Shown piece after piece: positions 53,506 to 64,000 of a stretch of 64,000 bases of DNA. The notes beneath the pieces are model-generated. The model had not been told where the DNA came from. It did no database searches and was given only the letters and a program-made list of their open reading frames with translations. The position numbers were made by a program, and so were the translations under genes. The DNA is from Albugo candida (Eukaryota), in contig JBDOQK010000030.1 of the NCBI GenBank assembly GCA_040437565.1, positions 248,001 to 312,000 of the forward strand, written 5' to 3'. Numbering within the stretch: the first letter of the stretch is position 1; every line of letters starts with the position of its first letter.

Positions 53506-54522
53506 CTACATTAATGCGCTTCCGTCAGTATCACCTTGCTCCACCTTAACAAAAGACCCATCACGCAAAGTGTCATCTTGATGAATATGGAGTTTGTCGA
53601 CCGGCTGTTGGTGTTGAACACGCTTCTGCACAGCCACCGCCGCGATCCCGAGCACCAGAACGCCGACCATGACCGCTGCGACGGGAAGTGTCGAGAAACC
53701 TGATTTCGATGCTGCCTGCATGGAAATTGCAATTGGTTTCTCCGCGTTCGAAGTCGACATGGCTCGGACTTGCGGTTTGACGGTCAGAGGTTGAACTTGG
53801 AAATCATCGATCGGTACGGCCAAAGCCTCTGTTCGAGAAGGTTGCAAGACTTTACAAGAAATTAGAAACTGATTCTCCTCATTCTTCATCTGCCTGCAAA
53901 GCTGACAATTTGTATTAGCGACACATCCTTCCAAATTTGGCTGAGCATTCCAACATTGTGAGTTGACCACATACGAAATCGATACGAGTCCACTAGCAAA
54001 CACAGCAGAATCACAAGACGTGACCGGTGCCGCTGACGCTGGTACTGGTGCTATACTTGCAGTTGGGGCGGCCACCGGAGCTGGAGTGGTACCCGGACAC
54101 ACAACAAAATTGGCACTTTGAATTGTATCGCGATTTTTACAAAATCGGCAAGGATTTGAATTGGGAAAACAACCGTTCAATGAACTCGTCGTGCACGTGG
54201 GCTCCAAGTATGCAGATATTCCGACATCAGCGTCTCCGCGGGGAACAACATTCGCGCACTCGGAATTGGTCAGCTCTGGTGTTTGAAGTGCACCCGAAAG
54301 CGGGCACTCCATCAAATGTGCAGACTTTGTGGTGTTTTGGAATTTACACAGACGACAGAACGCTGCGAAACATCCTAACCCGCCATTTTGAACGCAAACA
54401 TCGTCATAATACGCAGTGATTCCCACCGCGAAATCGCCAGACGATACGTACGTGGAACACGGATCGCTCGATCTCTGAGCGATTGCATAGGCAATTTGAA
54501 TAGCAAATAATAGAGAACGCAT
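53506..54522 (-). CDS. Cell-surface protein with three Cys-rich repeats and C-terminal TM
   Basis: Signal peptide; repeats C..V.xGD.xVGI.xY...C...(G)LxGC...CR[LF]CK; Pro/Ala linker; TM VAAVMVGVLVLGIAAVAV. Confidence 0.8.
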   Translation of the reverse strand: MRSLLFAIQIAYAIAQRSSDPCSTYVSSGDFAVGITAYYDDVCVQNGGLGCFAAFCRLCKFQNTTKSAHLMECPLSGALQTPELTNSECANVVPRGDADVGISAYLEPTCTTSSLNGCFPNSNPCRFCKNRDTIQSANFVVCPGTTPAPVAAPTASIAPVPASAAPVTSCDSAVFASGLVSISYVVNSQCWNAQPNLEGCVANTNCQLCRQMKNEENQFLISCKVLQPSRTEALAVPIDDFQVQPLTVKPQVRAMSTSNAEKPIAISMQAASKSGFSTLPVAAVMVGVLVLGIAAVAVQKRVQHQQPVDKLHIHQDDTLRDGSFVKVEQGDTDGSALM

Positions 54523-55090
54523 TCAACAAAGAAATTTGGTAATGCGGTTTTGCAGTGAGAAATTGTGATTTTAATTATAGCGCGCATTTGGTATTCTAAG
54601 GGAAGAAAACTATTCAAAGATTTTGAAACTGCTCAGATCAAGTGTTATATGACATCTTAACAGTCAAGAAAATCGATCATCATGGCTGGATTTCCCGCTT
54701 GTTCAAATCGCATGCTCATATCTCTATCGATCACATCAGCATCCGATTTGCACTTGCAATGCAAAAGGGTACCTTCCACAAGAGTCATCGTCATGGCAAC
54801 ACACTGCGGACCATACGCGGAATCGATAGAAAGCACGCTGTATTGGTCAAAACACTTGTGTGATCGCTCAAAGCGGCCTTATGATTCTGCATCATTGTGA
54901 TAAGATAGAGACGTTTCTACACTTTAGGGACTGACTCGTTCAATAAACCTTCTTCGCACTGATGTATGTCATCATAGACGCACGTCTCAAACTTGGCTAA
55001 GTTTTATCATCGTCAATAAAAAAGCGAAAAAGAGCATGCATTTCGTTGGCGGAGGAAATCACAAGTGACATTTCAGTTAAGTGGTTAATA

Positions 55091-56275
55091 TCAGAAATCA
55101 GATCGATTTTCTTCTTCTTTTCTATGAATTCTACCAAGTAATCTGGCTCCTATCCAGGGGTTTCGATGGTCATCTGCGCGTCGGAGATCCTGGAAAACGG
55201 ACGGAGGGGATTGGATGTATCGATCTAATACGTCTTGTGATGGGACCAGTTTCTGGTACCATTCTTTCCGCAGTGACTTGCGCTCGTCAGCTTCCATTTG
55301 ACCTCGTGCTTCTGGACACATGGAGAATATTTGGAATATCACCAATCCTGTTGCCACATTGAGGTTGAGTGAGTCTGTAAATCCATATATTGGCAAGTAT
55401 ACTCGATGTGTTGCTGCTTGGAGCATCGTCTCGCTCACTCCGTCTGTTTCTCGACCCATTACAATTGCCAGTCGATCTGGAACTGACAGTGTGCCGCTTT
55501 GCAGTGATATCGAACGTTGACTCAGATCAGTGGCCCAGACCTAGGATTGTGTGGGCAATCTAATGTATTAGATGGAAACGATGCTTACCTCGTAACCTTG
55601 AGCGAACAGCGCAACGAGACACGCTTCTGAAGTTTTAAATCGTCGAACACTTATCCATTGAGTTGATTGCTACAGCGAGCTGTTGCAGCTCATGATTGAA
55701 AATGGACGTTGAAACTTACACGAGCAATTCGACGATCAGACTTTACTTTTTTGTAGAAGGCTGGCTCTACGATCCAAACGTGCTGCACGCCCAAACATTC
55801 GGCTATCACGACACGGTGATTGAATGGATTAGTCGCTATGTTCAAGCTGTGTACCTGTACGGAGTACTGCTTGCTGGTTGAATATGTCACAACTGGCCTC
55901 CAATACAAGAATGATCCGAGAAGTACGTTGTTGCAACACTAGAGCAACATCACATCGTTGAATGTATTCCGTACTCCAAGGTCAATTAAATACCAGTTTC
56001 TGCCTTTCGAATGCGTCGTGGAACTGCGCTTTCGTCTTCTTTGGAGTCGCTATAAATAAATGTAATCAGATTCGCCATGCCTACATCCAGCATTACCTGA
56101 CAGCGTCCAGTGCTCCTTCCTCTGCAGTTACAGAGTGGTCTTTATCTTTAACCATCGGATGACTCCGGCGATATGCACATCTCCTCCATTGTGCATACAA
56201 AAGAGAGCTTTGATGAAACGCATAAGCTGCAACAAGCGTTCCGGCCACCAGCGCTGCCTCTCGACCACTTAACAT
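55091..56275 (-). CDS. SpoU/TrmH-family RNA 2'-O-methyltransferase
   Basis: Multi-exon; AIVMGRETDGVS, YLPIYGFTDSLNLNVA SPOUT motifs. Confidence 0.88.
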
Positions 56276-56392
56276 GTATGCGCTTCAGTTAAGATGCAAC
56301 CTGCTGTTCGGTGCTATTACTTAAGGTACCGTCAAGTTACATGCACACTAGCCGTTAGCTTTATTTCAGTCAACAACCCTTGAATCCTTATA

Positions 56393-57759
56393 TTATTTGC
56401 TGCGATTGATAGTTGAAGGGAAAAAGCTAAGTAGAGCTGAGAGAACGCCACCAAGAAGCACAGCTGCAATCTCAAGCTGATGGTCGTTTACGAGAGATAT
56501 AAGCGCGTCTACCCGTGCAGGAGTATACTGTCGTTTCCATGCATGAAAGCGCGAGTACTTACGTACATGCGCTCCCATACTGCTCGGAAAAGCCACGCTG
56601 TGTGTGGCAATGTACTTGAAATGCATGCTGACAATTGCATCTACAAGACTGGCATCGATATCAGTGTGTTCATTGGGTCGGATAAGCCGTCGAGCTTCAT
56701 TCTTGCTCACGAGTAAGACCTCATGATACCGCGATTTCAGCTCATTGGCCACAACGACATGCATACCATACTTTTCGAGCGACAATCGCGCTTGTTTCAG
56801 TAATCGATCCCAATTTGTTTCGAGCTAACAGTTAAGTATAAGTTTTTGTGTTATAGAAATAATTTCAACTTACTTTGAACGACACAAAAAAAGCATTTGG
56901 AGCCCATTCATTTCGCAGCACACCAAGCATTTTCGGTGTTGGTAGTAATTCAAGCTTCAGTGCACCATTGCTCGACTCCATCTTGTGCTCGGTGAGCTCA
57001 GTGCTCGGAATGTAAAAATCACTCACTGCAGCGGATAGATAGAATAAGACTCTTTCTCGCCATGGCTTGACGAGCTCACTGACAAGTCGTAACGAAAAGA
57101 GATAGTCGTCGACGGTCTCAAAAGATAGTGCAAGGATACTGTTATTCCTCAAAGCATCACGATACGGTTTGATGGATTTTTCAGCCAAATGATTCATTTC
57201 CTCTTTTTCCAGAGACAACGTAATTTTGGATGGATGGGTTTCTGCACAGAGCATTCAGTCAATGCATTCGAATTAAGGACCTCAACTACCTTCATCAATT
57301 GACAAACACTTCATGAAATGTAAATCCAAATGGTTTGAAAACTCCTTCTAGGGCGCTGTATTAAGATCAGAATTTCAGTAGCGATTCGTACGAAACATAC
57401 CGGAAAGTGTCGAGCGAATGGCGCGATGGATCCAGGACGATAGAGGTAGATTACTGCGTATCCAAGCTTCAAAAGATACCTAGTTCGCGTCTAATAAGAT
57501 TTGATGGAAAATGAGCGTCCGGAAGCTCTGTGACTTACTCAACGGCTGCAGCTCCTCGCGATCCCGTCGAAAAATTGTCAAGAAATCGGACCGTATTGCG
57601 TTCTAATGGAACTGTTGTGCCTCCTGAAGTTACGACCGCAACGCAGTTCCCCGATTTTTTCTGGTTTTGCAAGAACGCATTTATTTGTTCGCTGCGAGCT
57701 GTCCTCCATGAAGGAGACGGAGTGGATAGAAAATATTGCTCAACTGTGTCGAATGACAT
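56393..57759 (-). CDS. PPCS: Phosphopantothenate--cysteine ligase
   Basis: Multi-exon; VTSGGTTVPLERNTVRFLDNFSTGSRGA, YLSAAVSDFY, VSFK|LET, VVANEL. Confidence 0.95.
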
Positions 57760-59798
57760 TATTTAGTGTCTTATTGTGTCTATATAGTAAGTAGCGTCTA
57801 CACGCTATTCAGAACACTAGGCTTCATAGTGAAGTGTATTCTTCTTGATTGGTTGATATACAGCGGTAATGTCAATTTTCATTTCTCAATAATTTATATA
57901 GATATGTGAAAGCTGCCAATAGTTCAACAAGATACCTTGCATGCTTCCGACATCACTTCTCCTAATCATCAGAATGTCAGTTTACAGTGTGTCTAATGTT
58001 TTCTCTTTCTCAGCAATGAACATCTGATTCTAATCGAGCGAATTGGGTTGACTCCCCTGACTCGTTGATTGGTTAGATATAAGAAACCAGTAAGAAAACC
58101 TTACGTCTCACCTGATTGAGATAGTGCAATACGACCGGATCTTATCATTTTCATACTCGTAAACGTAACCTTGTCTTGAATAATGTTCCTCCGCACACTA
58201 TATGAAGGGCGCATGCCGCGAACGCTAAACGTGCGTCATTGTGCTCCCATTTTCTCTATTGCTGTGGCTAACATCACCACTCAATAGCCGCGTTCGAACC
58301 CAGAAATTGCTTCGCATTGGCAGGCAGATACGGACACATCCAGAGAAATCGCAAAAGCTATCGAAGAAGCAGAACGCGGGAATGGTAGTGAGCACTCAAT
58401 CGAGAAAGGAATTCCGGCACTAATGCTGGCCAACATCAAAGAAACCTCATCTGACACTGCTGCAGATCGATGGCTTTCTACCTGCTTTGAGGAATTCGTA
58501 CATATTCGGGCGGATAATTTCGATCACACACCAATACAAACCCAGTTATCTCCCACAGGGCTCATCTCTATAGCTGCAGCAGATCTCGATCAGGAACCTC
58601 AAAGTAACGAGACGCCAGCGAGCCAGCCTTTTCTACAGAGGTTAGCACTCTGGAGCTTTCTGGTGAAATTGTATACTATACTCTCATTTCTGATTTAGAT
58701 TGAAAGACGGTTTATTACGAAATGTCTCGAGATCAACATCTGGTAGACGCAACGGAAGAGAAAATACCGAGGCGTCTTCACAATTGCGATTTTTGTCCAT
58801 TTTGCGAAGAGTGAATGAGCTCTCTTCTAAACATCAAGCGGTTGGAACGAATGTTTTGTACTCGCACAAAAGACTGTTTTGATGAAAGTGTTTGTAGCCG
58901 GACGATTTGGGTGGATTGTCGTACCCTCAGATTTTAAGACTTCCTACGTTCAAGTATAGTATACGTGAAATGGATCATCCAGATAAAACTCCGTGTTGTG
59001 GAGAAACGGATTTTAGCACCCTGTGAGTCATATGTATACCTTGTATACTATTCCGCTAATGCAAAGAATGTAGCTGTGCGATTTGCTGCTACACATTTGA
59101 AGCGGGTGAGGAAGTACGACTACTTTCTTGCTTTCATTATTATCATCGCGATTGCATCGATCCGTGGCTATATCAAAATCGTATGTGTCCCGTTTGCAAG
59201 TATGTCGTAATGGTAACGTAATATTTCAATGTATCAAGCTTTGTTTAAATGTAATTGTGCCCTTTACTGAGAGTCTCACTAAGTGAGCGATTCGACTGAT
59301 GTCGGCAGAAAATCTTACTCAATATTTGAATTTGACTATGTGAAATCAATTAAAAGAATTGCAGCAACCAAGCTCGTCAAATGGTACACTGCCACGTATG
59401 GTATACAGCAATCACATGTGCTAGCTGCCTTTATGGGTTTACTAATGACAATGACGTATTCAGGAATGTATGACTTGTCGCGTAAGAGTATGTACTACTT
59501 GAAGCTGAGTCAATACATGTTGTCGCATGCATTGTCTCATTACGTATTGTCCCCTCTGAATACGATTCCTTCCAACGTGTCGCAGAAGTGTTCAATTGTG
59601 CTACAAAATACTATGCGAAAGTACATAACGTGATCTGATACAAATCAAGTAAATACCCGAGCGATGAGACATAGGACGTGTTTCGTTTGAATGTAAAACG
59701 TTAGCAACAATTAGTCTCATCGCAAAATTAGTGCGTTGAAGTGTTGTCTATGAGAATTCAATCAAGTGAATTTTGTCCCTGCACAATATCTCTTTCAA

Positions 59799-59814
59799 TC
59801 ACTTTTGAATTTAC
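59799..59814 (+). promoter_or_regulatory. Oomycete INR+FPR core promoter element
   Basis: TCACTTTtgAATTTAC fits YCAYTYY + MWTTTNC, ending 15 nt before the ATG at 59829. Confidence 0.7.
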
Positions 59815-59828
59815 CAGTAAACTGAAAC

Positions 59829-60113
59829 ATGAAGCTATCAATCTGCGCACCAATTTTTCTTCTAAGCGTCGCCGTTGAAGGTCTTTCTGATGATATGCAA
59901 CACACGAAAACAATATTGAGAAATCCTCAAAATTATAACGGGGGTAGAATGAAGATGGGCAAGCACAGTAAATCAGACGGAACAGAGATCCATGAGATGA
60001 ATGCCGACATTATGCCTGAGAAGGATAATCGAAACAACAAGGGAGATACCGGGAAAAAACATCGAACACGGTTTGTAAAAGATCGTCAAGGCTCAGGAAA
60101 TACAAACAAATAA
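59829..60113 (+). CDS. Small secreted protein, effector candidate
   Basis: 94 aa, signal peptide MKLSICAPIFLLSVAVEG, charged mature region, INR+FPR directly upstream. Confidence 0.72.
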   Translation: MKLSICAPIFLLSVAVEGLSDDMQHTKTILRNPQNYNGGRMKMGKHSKSDGTEIHEMNADIMPEKDNRNNKGDTGKKHRTRFVKDRQGSGNTNK

Positions 60114-60223
60114 TTCGTAATATACACACTATTTACCTCAATTTATACTGTTTCATTGCACTGGTTGTCTGGTTCTTCAACTATTAGTTTTGAATAGCAC
60201 TTAAGATTTGCTTCAAACAGATA

Positions 60224-60341
60224 TTTTTCAGGCTTTCAGTTCGGTGGGCTCAAACCGCTGCCCCACACCGTGGATCGAACCAACGAACTCCGCCAGAATC
60301 TGCTTGCTCAAACCGTCGGAGCAGGTGCGGTCCCATATAAA
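60224..60341 (-). ncRNA. Structured GC-rich extension downstream of the 5S-like sequence
   Basis: Hairpin 60305-09/60319-23, helix 60238-47/60280-89, 10-mer direct repeat 60248-57 = 60306-15, B-box-like GGTTCGATCC 60272-81, A5 end. Confidence 0.5.
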
Positions 60342-60459
60342 GTAGGCACCACGCGGACTTCCCGCGTGGCCACCCATCCGAGTGGTACCCAAGCTTGAGG
60401 CTGCTTTATCTCGCATAGCAGACGGGATACGGTGCTTTCACCCTAATATGGCCGTCTAT
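60342..60459 (-). rRNA. 5S: Divergent 5S rRNA gene, pseudogene or 5S-derived element head
   Basis: 118 nt ATAGACGGCCATATTAGGGTGAAAGCACCGTATCCCGTC...AAGCAGCCTCAAGC...GGATGGGTG...GGGAAGTCC...GCCTAC followed by TTT; recognisable 5S loop C, box A and box C; helix I has 3 mismatches. Confidence 0.85.
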
Positions 60460-60675
60460 ATATATCGGCACACACCATCTTGTTCTGCAATCATCCGAAG
60501 CTTATAGTACTATTATTTGTGTAATAAACTCATTTTTATGCTGCATATTTGAAAATATCGAGTGTTCGAGTTGCTNNNNNNNNNNNNNNNNNNNNNNNNN
60601 NNNNNNNNNNNNNNNNNNNNNNNNNNNNNNNNNNNNNNNNNNNNNNNNNNNNNNNNNNNNNNNNNNNNNNNNNNN

Positions 60676-60848
60676 GCTTTATCTCGCATAGCAGACGGGA
60701 TACGGTGCTTTCACCCTAATATGGCCGTCTATATATATCGGTACACACCATCTTGTTCTGCAATCATCCGAAGCTTATAGTACTATTATTTGTGTAATAA
60801 ACTCATTTTTATGCTGCATATTTGAAAATATCGAGTGTTCGAGTTGCT
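60676..60848. repeat. 173-bp copy of 60403-60575 (5' half of 5S plus upstream) across N-gap, with one SNP
   Basis: Matches except C60469 vs T60742. Confidence 0.85.
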
Positions 60849-61049
60849 GTAACCGTTCTTAATTATAGTTTGAAGCCATTCGATACAAGTACTTGAATCA
60901 AATACGTGCGGCTAACAGGTCACATGATAGTCAATAAAGCTACAAATGAATCGATTGGATATGGAATGTTGCTCCAATACATGACTGTGTGTTAAAACAA
61001 CATTTATATTCTATTTATTATTATATTTCACATATACTCATATTTGTAG

Positions 61050-62432
61050 CTACAGCTCCAAAGCTTCAAGCTGCTTCTTCATTGCCATATTTTCTTGCAT
61101 TACAATGTCAAGACGTTTGTCTAATTCAGTTGCTAATTCCAACGCTTCATGCGCAACCCCTTCTGCTTCCGAACGCTCCTGGATAGCAATCGTAATCAAT
61201 TCTTTTGCATTTTCTAATTGCATATCTTGATAACTAATGTGCTCATCGAAAACGCAGACCACGCTGTCGATGTCGCCATGCGGCTGGTTGGAACTTTCAT
61301 TGTTCAATTCGGATATTTTCCACGAATCATCGCTTCCCGCCACTTTATTGTCAATGCATTGCTTATCTGAAAATTGTTTGGACCGAATGGGACGCAGAAG
61401 CTTGTCAATCGCTGAGGGAGTCGCTGCCTCTGAGAGTGTTCGTCGGAAAAAACTCAACTGCGGTTTCGTAATCGGACTCATCTGAGAAGTACGATTCTCG
61501 AGGGCAAGATCCCTCGCTCGTTTGTATCTGTCGATCTTCTCTTCAGCTGATTGAATGATTTTTCTGGTACGTTGCTCTACTTGCTCGTGAATAGTATCCT
61601 CTAAAAGTTTCTGCTTGCGATTTTGCTCTGCAGAAATTTCCTCTAATTGATACAATCGTGTTCGAAATCGTTTCAGATCTTCCTCAGATACTCGGACAAC
61701 ATTTGAATTGTTGGACTCAGAAAAGGTAGCTGATTCAGAATCAGAATCGAATTCATTATCCTCATCATCAACTGCAGTCAGTACCATACGTTGAAGCTCT
61801 CGCCGCGCCTGATGAATAGCCAGAGTCGATCCAGAAATGTTGAAATCATTTGCCACATTGTTTCGTATGCGTTCGTCCCGAAGTCGCACGTTCTGACTCG
61901 AAATATCTTCAGCATCTGAGTCCGTACCGGATTTTTGAACGACATATAGCTCTCTGCGTTGTTGTTCGAATGTTGAGTCAGGATGCACGTAGCCAGTTGC
62001 GTGTTTCGATGACTTTTGACTTTTGTATGACATAGAGCAGTGCAAATGACGATAGGAAACGAGCGAATGTTCTCTGAAAGTATCATTGAGATCATGAGGG
62101 AAAGAAGAGCTTCCACCATCATCGCATTGAGTAATGTCGGATAAAAGTGATAAAAACGAGATTTCATCGACAAAATCGGGGCTCTCGTCACTGTCTCGAC
62201 ATTGTATTGGACTGTCACGTCCGGACGTGAAAAAGGCGTTCAGCGATGTTACCGAATCCTTAGACGACGCTACTGTGGAAATAAACGAACTTTTGCTGTT
62301 AAGTCGCTTTTCTAAGTACTTGTACTCGTCCAATTCCGAGTCGTGTGGCTCCAGTTCTTTTGTACACTCTTCTGACTTTAGTGTTCGCGCAACCTTGCGT
62401 CTAAACGACTTTGTACGGTGGATGAAATCCAT
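61050..62432 (-). CDS. Hypothetical coiled-coil protein
   Basis: ~460-aa intronless ORF from ATG 62432; Ser-rich N-terminal half, heptad-rich E/K/Q/L segments. Confidence 0.75.
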   Translation of the reverse strand: MDFIHRTKSFRRKVARTLKSEECTKELEPHDSELDEYKYLEKRLNSKSSFISTVASSKDSVTSLNAFFTSGRDSPIQCRDSDESPDFVDEISFLSLLSDITQCDDGGSSSFPHDLNDTFREHSLVSYRHLHCSMSYKSQKSSKHATGYVHPDSTFEQQRRELYVVQKSGTDSDAEDISSQNVRLRDERIRNNVANDFNISGSTLAIHQARRELQRMVLTAVDDEDNEFDSDSESATFSESNNSNVVRVSEEDLKRFRTRLYQLEEISAEQNRKQKLLEDTIHEQVEQRTRKIIQSAEEKIDRYKRARDLALENRTSQMSPITKPQLSFFRRTLSEAATPSAIDKLLRPIRSKQFSDKQCIDNKVAGSDDSWKISELNNESSNQPHGDIDSVVCVFDEHISYQDMQLENAKELITIAIQERSEAEGVAHEALELATELDKRLDIVMQENMAMKKQLEALEL

Positions 62433-62837
62433 ACTCTTTAAATGTACAATAAGAAGGTGGTTCTCAACACGGTGTAATAATTTGTATACTCTCAAACAGT
62501 GTATTAGATACGCGCTGCGAATTAGATACGGCTGTTAGGTTCCGTGTCAGCCACGCACCTCTATTGTGACTGACGTGTATTGCTTACTGACACTTCTTCT
62601 TTCTTCTCTATGTGAGAATTCAGCTCTAAAAGTAGACAGTGCGGACGCTAACCCTTTCAGCGTTGTACGCCACCAAAGTTTCGAGCCTCTTTTATTTTAG
62701 AATTTGTATAAATAACCTCATTTCGCTCTGAGTTGACCTCTATCAACCAATCCAAACGCTTTCTTAGTCACTCTCTAAGAATAACGCTCGCACGTGGTAT
62801 CAGAAATTTTGTGCTGTGAGTAATTACGACGAATTCT

Positions 62838-64000
62838 ATGAACGACAGCGAAAGCAGTCCGTTACTTTCACCACCACGTTTTAGTGAGTATGTAAAGGTG
62901 TCTTCGATCGAGGAAGACAGGTCGACTCGTACTCAATCCGTTCCGGCACGCAAAAACGTCAGTTCTAATTGGTCAAATTGTTAGTATTTCATGTTGCCTT
63001 CATCGTGGCACTTGATCACCTTTCTATATTGATGTAGTATCTTTTCGACCGATTCAATTTATTTTTCTTGTAGCTATTCTCGTTGGCGTGTTTATCTTTG
63101 CGCTACTTCGGTACACAGATTACCAACGATCGATTGATCCGCTTAGGATCATTGCTTCCAATACGTATTTCGATACGTCCAAGCTAAATTGGAGCGAAGA
63201 ATGGATCACACAGCGTGTGGATCATTTCTCATGGCCATCCACCTACACTAGCTCTCAAGCTCCGTTATTTTATAAACAACGATACTTGATAAATAATCGA
63301 ACATGGGATCCCAATGACCCGAAAGCTCCTATTTTTTTCTACACTGGAAACGAGGCGTCCGATGTGACTCTGTATGCCAACCATACTGGACTCATGTGGG
63401 AGTATGCATCTCATTTTAAAGCGCTCATTGTTTTTGCCGAGCATCGATTCTATGGCCTCTCACAACCGTTTAACTCGTCACAATTAATACCCTCCCAATT
63501 ACGTTATCTATCTCACGAGCAAGCAGTTGCAGATTACGCTGTTCTCTTGAAACACATCCAAGACCGCTTCCATGGAGAACGACATCCTGTGATTGCGTTT
63601 GGTGGAAGCTACGGAGGGATGCTATCGGCCTGGTTTCGGATCAAATATCCGGGTATCGTCCATGGTGCAATAGCTTCCTCGGCCCCCATCTTTGGCTTCC
63701 CTGAAGGCTACCCCACTATCAATGTATCCGACTATTGGAAAATCGTGACACAAAATGCTCAAATCGCTGCTGGATCGGCTGCAAATTGCGTCGAAAATGT
63801 TCGTGAGGCCTGGAGTGTACTCTTTTCATTGGCGGAAACGGTATCTGGACGATCCCAATTGGCTAAAATATTCCATACATGTGGACCGCTTGAAAATATA
63901 TCGGACGTCCATCACCTTGCGCTCTGGTCATTGAATGCATTCAGTGTTTTGTCAATGGGAAATTATCCATACCCATCTGCCTACCTGAGCAACGGAAAAG
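62838..64000 (+). CDS. PRCP: Lysosomal Pro-X carboxypeptidase (peptidase S28), 3'-truncated
   Basis: Missing from the ORF track because it runs off the window; QRVDHF, PIFFYTGNE, AEHRFYG, EQAVADYA, GGSYGGMLSAW; short intron near 62970-63040 and N-terminal TM. Confidence 0.93.

Noticed and set aside
57800-59700. Short ORFs possibly a transposon relic or pseudogene
   Set aside because: No recognisable motif, terminal repeat or coherent splice model
60230-60335. tRNA, SRP helix 8, hammerhead or HDV ribozyme in the 5S extension
   Set aside because: GGTTCGATCC and CGGAGCAGG are present, but no cloverleaf, GNRA helix-8 partner, CUGAnGA core or HDV topology could be built by eye
60228-60416. 62-aa minus-strand ORF
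   Set aside because: Overlaps the 5S-like RNA sequence; chance ORF

Overview
Eukaryotic, gene-dense draft-assembly sequence with short GT-AG introns (mostly ~45-65 bp) and nine 100-N scaffold gaps. The beta-tubulin, gene content and an INR+FPR core promoter point to an oomycete; the compactness suggests an Albugo-like genome (inference). About 33 protein-coding genes are reconstructed, mostly housekeeping: threonine dehydratase, vacuolar sorting receptor, NF-YC, a CCT-domain protein, RPF2, presenilin, beta-tubulin, SOSS-B, eIF4B, proteasome alpha3, CSN3, KAR, a VPS9 GEF, MAPKK, G6PD, PDE12, RGLG E3, cyclin K/T-like, PEX3, EMG1, RNase T2, ALIX/BRO1, DJ-1, a SpoU methylase, PPCS and a Pro-X carboxypeptidase. 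There are also two HGGG Cys/His-repeat proteins, a giant NHL-LCCL-EGF type I membrane protein and a small secreted effector-like protein. Seven of the nine gaps are flanked by duplicated sequence, mostly assembly artefacts. The two most interesting non-coding signals are (i) a divergent 5S rRNA-derived element (minus strand, ~60224-60459) whose 3' half can refold into new hairpins and which runs into a structured GC-rich extension (SINE3-like or exapted ncRNA), and (ii) a ~350-450 nt nested structured region at ~5024-5450 with a telomere-template-like AACCCCTAAAA (candidate telomerase RNA). All folds and intron boundaries were read by eye and need computational confirmation.
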